Positions 1-9,100 of a stretch of DNA of 62,000 nucleotides are shown here, piece after piece. The notes under the pieces were generated by a model. It saw nothing but the letters and a program-made list of their open reading frames with translations, had not been told where the DNA came from and did no database searches. Source of the stretch: Hyalangium minutum (lineage in GTDB: Bacteria > Myxococcota > Myxococcia > Myxococcales > Myxococcaceae); contig NZ_JMCB01000006.1 of assembly GCF_000737315.1 (NCBI RefSeq), positions 20,001 to 82,000 on the forward strand, written 5' to 3'. The stretch's first letter is position 1, and every line of letters begins with the position of its first letter. A program made the translations under genes and the position numbers.

Positions 1-1317
1 GCCCACGTTGATGACGGCGGCCGTCTGGATGCCCGCGAGGATGGAGGGCGCAGCCAGCGGCAGCTCGATGCGCCAGAGCCGTGCACGCGGGGACAGCCCC
101 AGGGCCTGAGCGGACTCGCGAAGGTCGCCCGGGATGCCTCCGAGCCCCGCGGCCGTGTTCCGGACGATGGGCAGCAGGCCATACAGGAACAGCGCCACGA
201 TGGCGGGCCGCGAGCCGATTCCCAACAGCGGGATCATCACCACCAGCAGCGCCAGCGAGGGCACCGTCTGGATGATGCCCGCGAGCCCCAGCACCACCTG
301 CCCTACCCGTGCCCGCTTCGCCGAGAGCACCCCGAGCGGCACCGCCACCCCAATCGCCCCGAGCAGCGACACGAGCACGAGGAACAGGTGCTCGCGCGTC
401 CGCAGCCACACCCGGGAAGCCAGGCTGTCCGACTGCGTCTCCGTCTCCAGGCCCAGCTTGCGCGCCAGGAACTCGGCGGCCACGGTGTCCTCGGGGACGC
501 GCTCCAAGCGGGCGCGAGCGTTGAGTCGCACCATCTCCGGCTCGGAGATCAGCCCCTGCAGCTCCAGGATGGCCGCGAGCACCCGCGGGTTCTTCCGAGC
601 CCAATCCTCCCGGTACAGCAGCACGGCGTCGTAGGCGGGAAAGTGCTTCAGGTCATCCTCGAGCACGCGCAGCCCGTAGGCCGAGATCTCCGCGTCGGTG
701 GAGTACAGGTCCGTCACCTGGATGGCACCGCTCTCCAGCCCCCGGTAGGCCAGGTCATGGTCCAGCCCCCGCACCTGCCGCTGGGGCAGCTGGTAGCGCT
801 CCCGGAGCGCGGGCCACCCATCGCCGCGATCCATGAACTCGTTGCTGAAGCCCAGCTTCAGCTCTGGGTGCGCGCGCAGGTCCGAGATGCGCCGGATGCC
901 CAGGCGCTCGGCCTCCGCCTCCTTCATGCCCAGCGCATACGTGTCATTGAAGCCAAGCGAGGCGCTCATCCCCAGCCCCTCGGCGGCCAGGGCCTCTCGC
1001 AGCGCGGCGTCATCCTTCAGCCCCCGCGAGGCGAACAGCTCCTGGCGAAGCGTCCCGGTGTACTCGGGATAGACCTCCAGCTCGCCGCGCTTCAGGGCCT
1101 CCCAGAGCACGGTGGTGCCTCCGAGCTCGCGCCGGTGCACCGCATGCGCCCCGGAGAGCCGCGCCAGCCGCGCCACCAGCTCCCCGAGGATGACGGACTC
1201 GGTGAACTTCTTGGAGCCCACGCGCACCTCGGGACGAGTGTCCGCCGTGGGCTCGGGAGCACAGGCCACCAGCCACGCCAGCCCCAGCACCAGCACGCTC
1301 GCGCTCAGGCCCCTCAC
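1..1317 (-). CDS. Osmoprotectant (glycine betaine/choline-type) ABC transporter, substrate-binding domain fused to permease; 3' end runs off window start
   Basis: Translated by hand: GTG at 1317 overlaps the ATPase stop (GTGA). N-terminus MRGLSASVLVLGLAWLVAC (lipobox-like), then VRVGSKKFTESVILGE (OpuAC/OsmF-type). The C-terminal part is a hydrophobic ProW-like permease with LRESAQALGLS (EAA loop). Confidence 0.88.
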   Translation of the reverse strand, partial: MRGLSASVLVLGLAWLVACAPEPTADTRPEVRVGSKKFTESVILGELVARLARLSGAHAVHRRELGGTTVLWEALKRGELEVYPEYTGTLRQELFASRGLKDDAALREALAAEGLGMSASLGFNDTYALGMKEAEAERLGIRRISDLRAHPELKLGFSNEFMDRGDGWPALRERYQLPQRQVRGLDHDLAYRGLESGAIQVTDLYSTDAEISAYGLRVLEDDLKHFPAYDAVLLYREDWARKNPRVLAAILELQGLISEPEMVRLNARARLERVPEDTVAAEFLARKLGLETETQSDSLASRVWLRTREHLFLVLVSLLGAIGVAVPLGVLSAKRARVGQVVLGLAGIIQTVPSLALLVVMIPLLGIGSRPAIVALFLYGLLPIVRNTAAGLGGIPGDLRESAQALGLSPRARLWRIELPLAAPSILAGIQTAAVINVG

Positions 1318-2111
1318 GCGCCGCGCTCCAGCACCCGCCGCTGCGCCTGGATGAAGCGGGTGACGAACGGATCCGCCGGAGACGCCTCCAGCTCGGCGAG
1401 TGTCCCCTGCTGCACCACGCGCCCCTCGCGCAGCAGGACGACGCAATGCCCGAGGAACGCCGCCTCGGAGAGATCATGGGTGACGAGCACCACCGTCATC
1501 CCGAGCCGCTCGAAGATGGCGCGCAGATCCACCTGCAGCTCGGAGCGGACCAGCGTGTCCAGCGCTCCCAGGGGCTCATCGAGCAGCAGCACCCGCGGCT
1601 CCAGCATCAGTGCGCGCATGAGCCCCACCCGCTGACGCTGGCCACCGGAGAGCTGCGCGGGAAAACGCCCGAGCGCCTCGCCCGGGAAGCGGGTCAGCTC
1701 CACGAGCGCCTCCAGCCGGGCACGGATGCGCTCCGAAGGCCACCGCAGATACCGGGCCATGAGCTCCACGTTCTGCCCGGCGGTGAGGTGAGGGAACAGG
1801 CCGCCGCCCTGGAGCGCGTAGCCCATGCGCTGGCGCACCGAGAGCATCGCCGCTTCCTCCGGCGGCAGCGGCTGGCCCTCGAAGAGGACACGGCCAGTGT
1901 CGGGCCGGATCAGCCCGTTCATCAGCCGCAGCAGCGTGGACTTCCCACAGCCGCTCGGCCCCAGCAGCACCGTGGTCCGCCCCGAGGGCAGCCGCAGCTC
2001 CAGGGGCTGCAGGGCCTGCGTGGTGCCGAAGCGCTTGGAGACCCCTTGAAGCTCGAACACAGGGGCCCGCGGCTCCGGACCCTCTGCGCGCGGCTCATCC
2101 CTTGACGACAT
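1314..2111 (-). CDS. ABC transporter ATP-binding subunit (osmoprotectant uptake, OpuA/ProV-like)
   Basis: Walker A GPSGCGKS, signature LSGGQRQR, Walker B LLLDE, H-loop VTHD. Start trimmed to MSSRDE; exact start uncertain. Confidence 0.9.
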   Translation of the reverse strand: MSSRDEPRAEGPEPRAPVFELQGVSKRFGTTQALQPLELRLPSGRTTVLLGPSGCGKSTLLRLMNGLIRPDTGRVLFEGQPLPPEEAAMLSVRQRMGYALQGGGLFPHLTAGQNVELMARYLRWPSERIRARLEALVELTRFPGEALGRFPAQLSGGQRQRVGLMRALMLEPRVLLLDEPLGALDTLVRSELQVDLRAIFERLGMTVVLVTHDLSEAAFLGHCVVLLREGRVVQQGTLAELEASPADPFVTRFIQAQRRVLERGA

Positions 2112-2688
2112 AGACACAGGACGGATGCCCCCGCTTGCGGCATGGATGGGTCTCGTCATGCACGACGGAGCCCACCGCGTGGAGCCTCCGCAGCCCTCCG
2201 AACAGCATCCCTTTGTCGAAGGCGCACGGGTACGGGTTGTTGCTCTCCACCTCCATCGCCCCGTCCGGCCGCTGCTTCCACTTGTAGTGGCCAATGCCCT
2301 CCTGGAGGCGCCCCGTGGCCGAGTTCCACATGGGCCGCCCGTTCTTGCGGTGGTGCAGGTGGTAGCCCGCATCCATCGTCTCCATCATCGACTTCACGTC
2401 CTTGACGGAGGGCAGCCACTCCACGTTCTTCATCACCGACACGCCAATCTGGTGCAGCACCGAGTCCCCCATGTGCTGGCTGGCGCGCGCGAACGCTCGC
2501 AGGAACGCGTCGAACGGGTACCAGGCCTCCGGCTGCACCTCGACCATGCCGTCCGGGCCCTTCTGCCCAATCCCCTCCGCCAAGAGGATCTGACTGGCGA
2601 TCGACTTGAACTGGCCAAACGCATGCACCAGCCCCATCACGTTGCGTCCCGAGACTTCGATGCCCTTGAACTCGCTGAACGGAATCAT
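2095..2688 (-). CDS. Uncharacterised V4R/heme-NO-binding-like ligand-binding protein
   Basis: MIPFSEFKGIEVSGRN... contains AWYP, NNPYPCAFDKG and HPCRKRGHPSCVY; the Cys pattern resembles 4-vinyl-reductase-type domains. The longer 279-aa call has a low-complexity N-terminal extension that is probably not translated. Confidence 0.65.
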   Translation of the reverse strand: MIPFSEFKGIEVSGRNVMGLVHAFGQFKSIASQILLAEGIGQKGPDGMVEVQPEAWYPFDAFLRAFARASQHMGDSVLHQIGVSVMKNVEWLPSVKDVKSMMETMDAGYHLHHRKNGRPMWNSATGRLQEGIGHYKWKQRPDGAMEVESNNPYPCAFDKGMLFGGLRRLHAVGSVVHDETHPCRKRGHPSCVYVVKG

Positions 2689-3263
2689 CGCGCGGAGGAT
2701 CCTCTCGAACCGGAGCAGGCGGCCTGATGATGGCACGCTTCCTCGGGCTCTCGACATCGCCCCTCGCAGCCGCCCTCCCCAGCAGGTAGGCAGTCCCTGG
2801 GGTGTCTCACCCGGAAGCACATCCACCACCTTTTCGTTCACGGACTGATCAGAAATCCGCGCAGGCCGGAAATTCGGCCCTGGAAGCGACGACAGAGCTG
2901 GAAACTTCCGCCCCTTCGGAATACCCACCCTCATAGGGTGTTTAAAGTTGCTGCATCCTTACGACGTACATTAGTATCCGAAATAGATGAGCCAATGCCA
3001 GACATGGTAGTGGCTCTGAAGCCACCCGCACGCGGACACCCGGGAGCAGGTGATGGGAAGCACTCCGTCACGGCCGTCCGCTCCCGAGTGGGGTGGGTAG
3101 TGCGCAGCGGGCTTGCCCTTCTGCATCCTCGGGGGATGGTGCAGAGGGGGCCCGCTGCGGTTTTTTCACCGCGGAGCCACCGTTCGCTCCTCGATGCAGC
3201 GGCTTGGACTGTCTGGCCGCCCTTGGGGGCCGGTGCTATCTGGGCGGGACGTCCTCTGCTCCT

Positions 3264-5849
3264 GTGAAAGCCGCCCTCCCCGCCACCACCCGACGCGCAT
3301 CCCTGGCACCGCAGGCCCTGCTCATCGGCTCGCTGGTGGTGGCATCCGCGAGCACGGCGCTCTTCCTGGCCACGGCGCAGAGCCGGGACACCTCCCGCTT
3401 CGAGAACCAGGTCCAGGCGACCCAGGACCGGATCTTCGCGCACCTGAGCTCGGACATCGCCTTGCTGCGCGGCGCCGCGGGCCTCTTCGCTGCCAGCACC
3501 TCCGTCACCCGCGAGGAGTTCCGCATCTACGTCGAGCGGCTCGACTTGCGGCGGTATGATCCGGGGCTCCAGGGGCTCGGCTTCGCCGCACGCATCCCCG
3601 CCAGCGAGCAGGAGCACTGGTTGGAGCAGGCACGCGCCGATGGCCTGCCCTCGTTCCACATCTGGCCCGCGGGCGCTCGCGACGAGTACTACGCCATCCT
3701 CTACCTGGAGCCCCAGGACGCCCGGAACGAGGCGGCGCTGGGCTTCGACATGTTCACGGAGCCCAAGCGCCGCGAGGCCATGGAGCGGGCCTGGATGACA
3801 GGGGAGCCTGCGCTGTCGGGCCGTGTCGTCCTCAAGCAGGAGATTGATAAGGACCAGCAGGCGGGGTTCCTGCTGTACGTGCCCGTGTACCGAGGCGGGA
3901 ACATTCCCCCCACCGAGGACCAGCGCCGGGAAGAGCTCGAAGGGTTCGTCTACAGCCCCTTCCGGGCGGAGGACCTGTTCACCGGCATCTTCCCGCCCAC
4001 GCATTCCCCGCGGATCCTCTTCCGCGTCTACGACGGGACGGAGGCGCAAGCCGGGCAGCTCCTCTATGACTCGGCCTCCGCCGAGGGGGAGCCTCCGCCG
4101 AGCACGCCCCGCTTCGTGCGGACCTCGCGCCTGGAGATAGCGGGGCAGCCCTGGACGCTCGTCTTCGCCTCCTCGCCCAGCTTCGAGCGCACGCTGCTGA
4201 GTCCCTGGGTGCCCACCGTGGGAGGCGCGGGCGTGCTGCTCAGTCTGATGGTGTACGCCGTGGCGCGGTCCCAGTTCATCGGCCGGCAGCGCGCCGAGGC
4301 CAGCGAGGCCGAGCGGGCCCAGCTCCTGACGCGCGAGAAGGCCGCCCACGCCGAGGCCGAGGCCCAGCGTACCTATCTCCATGAAGTCTTCATGACGGCC
4401 CCTGCCGTCATCGGCATCTTCCGGGGGCCCGAGCACGTCTTCGAGTTCGCCAACGCCGCCTACCAGAAGGTGCTGGGGAACCGGGAGCTGCTGGGCCGTC
4501 CTCTCTCCGAAGCCCTGCCGGACCTGGCGCCGGAGATCCTCGCCGTGGCGGACACCGTCTACCAGACCGGACAGCCCCACTCGGATCAAGAGGTGCGCAT
4601 TCCCCTGGCGTATAGCGCTGGCCAGCGCGAGGAGAAGTACTGGAACCTCATTTGGCAGCCGCGCCGGAACACCGCGGGCCAGGTGGACGGCGTGCTGCTG
4701 TACGCCTTCGAGGTCACCGAGCAGGTCCTGGCGCGCAAGCTGGTGGAGGCCAGCCGCGAGGAGGCACGGCGGAGCGCGGAGCAACTGCAGACCATCACCG
4801 ACACGCTGCCAGCGCTCGTCGCCTATGTGGATGCGCAGCAGTACTACCGGTTCGCGAACCGGGCGTATGAGACGTGGTTCGGCCGGAAGCCCCAGGAGGT
4901 GGTGGGCAAGACGATCCAAGAGTTCGTTGGAGAGAAGATCTACGCGCGCTTCCAGGAGCCCATCCTCCGGGCCCTGGCGGGCGAGACCGTGCGCTTCGAG
5001 GGCGAGCTGCCCCGGAAGGACGGGCAGAAGCTCTTCATCCAGTCCAGCTATATCCCGGAGCGGGATGAGCACGGGCAGGTGCGTGGCTTCGTGGTGTTGG
5101 CCTTCGACATCACCGAGCGCAAGCAGGCGGAGGAGGCCGTGCGCAACGCCGTGCGGCTGCGCGATGAGTTCCTCTCCGTGGCCAGCCACGAGCTGAAGAC
5201 GCCGCTGACGCCCCTGAGCCTGAAGCTGCAGACGCTGGCGCGTGATGCGGCAGCGCAGCCGGACTCGGCGTTCGTGCTGAAGGTCCGCACATCTGTGGAG
5301 GCGGGGCTCAAGCAGCTCAAGCGGCTGTCGGACCTGATTGGGGATCTGCTGGATGTGTCGCGGATCACCTCGGGGCAGATGAAGCTGTACTGGGAGCCGG
5401 TGGACTTCGCCGCCGTGGTCCGTGAGGTGGCCACGCGGCTGGAGCCCGAGGCGGCCCGGGCCGAGTCCCGCCTCATGCTGGAGCTGCCAGCGGAGGTGCC
5501 AGGCCGCTCGGACCGGATGCGGCTGGAGCAGGTGGCGGAGAACCTGCTGACGAACGCCATCAAGTACGGGGCGGGCAAGCCGATTCATGTCCGGCTGGAG
5601 GCGAGCCCCGAGCGCATCGCCTTCACCGTGAAGGACGAGGGAATTGGCATTGCCCCCGAGAACCAGGCGCGCATCTTCGAGCGGTTCGAGCGCGCCGTGT
5701 CCGAGCGGAACTACGGCGGCCTGGGGCTGGGGCTCTACATCACCCGCACCATCGTCGAGGCCCTGGGAGGCACCATCCGCGTGAAGAGCGAGCCCGGTCA
5801 GGGCGCCTGCTTCACCGTGGAGCTTCCCCGGGAGCCCGCGGTTTCTTAG
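3264..5849 (+). CDS. CHASE-domain sensor histidine kinase (TM-CHASE-TM-PAS-PAS-HisKA-HATPase)
   Basis: Two TM helices flank a CHASE-like region (LGFDMFTEPKRREAMERA). PAS motifs, H-box SHELKTPL, N-box ENLLTNAIKY, G boxes DEGIGI and GLGLGL. Start set at in-frame GTG 3264. Confidence 0.9.
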   Translation: MKAALPATTRRASLAPQALLIGSLVVASASTALFLATAQSRDTSRFENQVQATQDRIFAHLSSDIALLRGAAGLFAASTSVTREEFRIYVERLDLRRYDPGLQGLGFAARIPASEQEHWLEQARADGLPSFHIWPAGARDEYYAILYLEPQDARNEAALGFDMFTEPKRREAMERAWMTGEPALSGRVVLKQEIDKDQQAGFLLYVPVYRGGNIPPTEDQRREELEGFVYSPFRAEDLFTGIFPPTHSPRILFRVYDGTEAQAGQLLYDSASAEGEPPPSTPRFVRTSRLEIAGQPWTLVFASSPSFERTLLSPWVPTVGGAGVLLSLMVYAVARSQFIGRQRAEASEAERAQLLTREKAAHAEAEAQRTYLHEVFMTAPAVIGIFRGPEHVFEFANAAYQKVLGNRELLGRPLSEALPDLAPEILAVADTVYQTGQPHSDQEVRIPLAYSAGQREEKYWNLIWQPRRNTAGQVDGVLLYAFEVTEQVLARKLVEASREEARRSAEQLQTITDTLPALVAYVDAQQYYRFANRAYETWFGRKPQEVVGKTIQEFVGEKIYARFQEPILRALAGETVRFEGELPRKDGQKLFIQSSYIPERDEHGQVRGFVVLAFDITERKQAEEAVRNAVRLRDEFLSVASHELKTPLTPLSLKLQTLARDAAAQPDSAFVLKVRTSVEAGLKQLKRLSDLIGDLLDVSRITSGQMKLYWEPVDFAAVVREVATRLEPEAARAESRLMLELPAEVPGRSDRMRLEQVAENLLTNAIKYGAGKPIHVRLEASPERIAFTVKDEGIGIAPENQARIFERFERAVSERNYGGLGLGLYITRTIVEALGGTIRVKSEPGQGACFTVELPREPAVS

Positions 5850-6144
5850 GCCAGTTCTTGAGCTTCATGAGCTGGAAGACGCCTGCGGCCACAAGCCCCC
5901 CTACAAAGAGGGAGACGAGCACCTGCAACCAGAAGAGATTCTTCTGGAGGACGTGGTCATCGAAGCACTTGGCCTCTCTGATGGCGATCTCGCGAGTGAG
6001 CGAGTCGAAACCGCGCACGTAGTCCCAGTCTTCGGCGATACGCCCGCACACCAGCTTCATTGAGGCCAGGAAGGTCGCAACAAAGACCACCTCGAACGTG
6101 GCTAAGGTCCAGAGCGGCCGCACCAGTCCATAGAGCCTGTGCAT
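5812..6144 (-). CDS. Candidate immunity protein, 110 aa, two predicted TM helices
   Basis: ATG lies 3 nt after the RHS stop. Two hydrophobic stretches (LWTLATFEVVFVATFLASM; LFWLQVLVSLFVGGLVAAGVF). GC is lower than the surroundings. Role inferred from position only. Confidence 0.6.
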   Translation of the reverse strand: MHRLYGLVRPLWTLATFEVVFVATFLASMKLVCGRIAEDWDYVRGFDSLTREIAIREAKCFDDHVLQKNLFWLQVLVSLFVGGLVAAGVFQLMKLKNWPKKPRAPGEAPR

Positions 6145-6147
6145 GTC

Positions 6148-9100
6148 TCAGCCTCCGGACAAATCGGAACCATGCCTCCATCCCTCTGGCAACTCGAGCT
6201 CCATGATGCTGAGCAACTGCTCCAGTTCTTCTTGCGCCGCCTCCTCATCATAGAGCCCGGCGACATGCTGAATCTCCGCGATGAAGGCAACCTTTCGATT
6301 ATTCGTGTTGGAGCCCCGGAAGAGATCTGCGCTCAGCAAGATCTCCCTACCTCGGGCCCGCCCGATGTAATGCTTGGCCGAAGACTCGCGGGACTGGCCG
6401 AAATCCACGACATAGATCTCCGCTCGCTCCGCTGCTGCTGTGAGAGCGGCGAGGCGGTCAGGATCGAGCATTCCGTTGGGATCGGAGCTAGGTATCTCGG
6501 TTCGACAGGTCTCCACGTCTATGTCAACGGCCCTCAACCGCTTGAGGTTATTGAAGTCTTCGTTCTCCCCCATGCGGCGCCCCACGGTCCCGGCGAAGAT
6601 GAAAGCAGCGACGATGATGATAATGACGATCGCCAAGCCCACCAGGAGACCGAACTTCCCGCTCGGGTCGACGTAAGCCGTGGGATTGCCACGGACGTAC
6701 TGATAGATGTTTGCTCCATCTACCATCCCAAGCCTGTCCGGCTGAATCCACCGCCCTAGCTTCGGATCCATGTAGCGGTCGCGGTGGTAGTTCAGCCCGG
6801 TCGAGTCGTGCTCGCGCCCTGTGTACCCGAACGCCAGCATCGGCCCGCTCCCACTCGTGGTCCTCGCCCCATAGGCATCGTAGGAGTTCGTCCTCACGAC
6901 GGCTCCCGTCTGATCCGCGATGGCCACAACGGAGCCGAGCGCGTCCGTGAGGGGGGAGTAGGTGCTGCCTGCCTGCTGGAAGCTGAGGATCTCGTCAGTG
7001 GTCTGTGGGTGGGTCAGGTAGCTCGTCGGGGTGGGGCTCGTGCTGGAGAACTCCTGGAGAACGGTCGCACCGTCGAGCAGGTACTGGGTCGAACCCGCTG
7101 GCGTCGTCTGCTTGGTACGAAGCCCCGTGGCGTCGTACTCGAAGGTATGCAGCTCTCCTGAAGCCAGGGTGACCTGCCGCAACCTGTTGTCGAGATCCCA
7201 GCCATACTGCTTCACCAGTTGGCCTGCCTTGGTCTCGCTCAGCAGGTTGCCATTGTTGTCGTAACCGTACTCAGTGGCCACGCCGCCCTCGAAGCTCCTC
7301 TCGAGCTGGTTGAAGGCGTTGAAGGCGCTGTTCACCTGCCGGTTCGTCCCGCCAGTCACCTCACGGAGCGCGGTTCGGTTTCCCAGCAGGTCCAGCGTGT
7401 ACCTCACGCTGCGCTGAGTCCCGTAGTCCACTCCCGTCAGCCGGTCGGATGCGTCATAGATGTAAGACTCTCGGGTCCCATCCGCGAGCGTCTTGGAGAG
7501 CCGGTTTCCTCCCGCATCGTACGTATAGGAGCTGCCAGCCACCACCGCGCCTTCCTTGGCATGGACGATGCCAAGCAGTTGGCTCGCGGCATCGTAGGAG
7601 TACGTCGTGGCGATGCCGTTGGAGCGTGTGATGCGCGTGCGGCGTCCCAGATCGTCGTAGCTGATCACCGTCCGCTGGCCGGCGCTGTCCACGGCCTGCC
7701 TCAGCAGATTGAGCGCGTCATAGGAATAGTGATGTTCCAAGCCCGCACTCGTGACGCTCGTGCGATTGCCGTTGGCGTCGTAGGTGTAGCGGAGCGTCCG
7801 TCCCAGGCTGGCGTCGATGACCTCCTTCACACGGCCCAGGGCGTCGTACTCGAGGGTTCGTGCATGGGTCCCATTCTTCTCGAGCGTCCGGCGCCCCGCC
7901 TCGTCGTAGTCGTACTGGTAGGTGCTCCCATCCTCGAAGGTCACGCTCTTCAGGCGCCGGTTGCCGTCGTAGGCATAGGTGGTCCGCCTGCTATTGCCAT
8001 CCACCTTCGCTGTGCGATTGCCTACGCCGTCATACTCGTAGCTCGTCACCACATTGAGGGGGTTCTTCTCCCACTGCAGCCTGTTGGCCAGGTCGTACTG
8101 GTACTGCGTCCGCTGGCTCCCTGCGGTCACGGACGTCCGGTTCCCTCGCCCGTCATATCCGTAGGTGATGGACTGATCGCCTTTGGTGACCCTCTCCAGC
8201 AATCCATGGGACCCGTAAGCGTACGTCGTAGGCGCCTGGCCAAGCTCGGAGCTGGCCTTGATTCTCCCTGCGGTGTCGTACTCGTACCGGCTCTCACGCT
8301 TCAGCGAGTCGACCTCGGACAGCACGCGGCCCATCCTGTCGAAGTCACGCCGGTACAAGCCTCCTGTGGCATCGACCTGAACGCAGGGCTGCGTCGTCAG
8401 CTCGGCACAGTAGCCCAGGACGGTACTGGCTCCGTTGGCCAGCACCGTCTCCACGTGCCTTCCGGCGGCGTCATAGCGCATCACCGTCCGCGCGTTCCGG
8501 GCATCCACCAGCGCCACCACCCGGCCATTGGCGTCGTACTCCGTCCGGCTCACCCCATTGAGCGCATCCTCGACGGACGTCACCCGCCCCACCGCGTCGT
8601 ACGTGTACGTCGTCACTGCCAACAAAGGGTTCTTCGTGGTGAGCCGGTGGCCTTCGGCATCGTAGGTGGACTCGAAGCGAGCATTCAGCGCGTCCACCAT
8701 CGCGGTGACCTGACCCGCGGCGTCTACCTCGAAGGTGTGCTTCTTGTTGTCGCTGTCCTTCGTTTCGGTGATGTATCCCGCTGAGTTGAAGGTCAGCGTC
8801 GTGGTCACCTGCTGGGGATCCGTCATCGTCAGGGGGAGGCCTTTGCTCCCATAGGTCATCCGGGTCACCGCAGGCCCCGGCTTCGTGAAGGTCTCCAGCC
8901 GTCCGCGCGCGTCGTAGCCGTAGCTCGCCACCCCGAGGCCATCCGTCCGGGTCTTCAACCGGCCTGCCGTGTCATAGGTGTTCGTCACCTTGGGCCGCCC
9001 CGTTGCCTCCACCGTGAGCACCTGGTTGAACGCCGTGTCATAGGTGTACTTCGTCACCCGACCATCGGGATCCCGCTGCTCGGTCATGTTGCCGCGCGTG

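Noticed and set aside
2931-5588. 885-aa minus-strand ORF
   Set aside because: Antisense shadow of the CHASE kinase; no motifs; expected from high GC3 codon bias.
6139-6759. 206-aa plus-strand ORF opposite the RHS tip
   Set aside because: Lies fully antisense to the tip, which is in frame with the RHS core and followed by a coupled gene; no recognisable motif. Not formally excluded as an antisense product.
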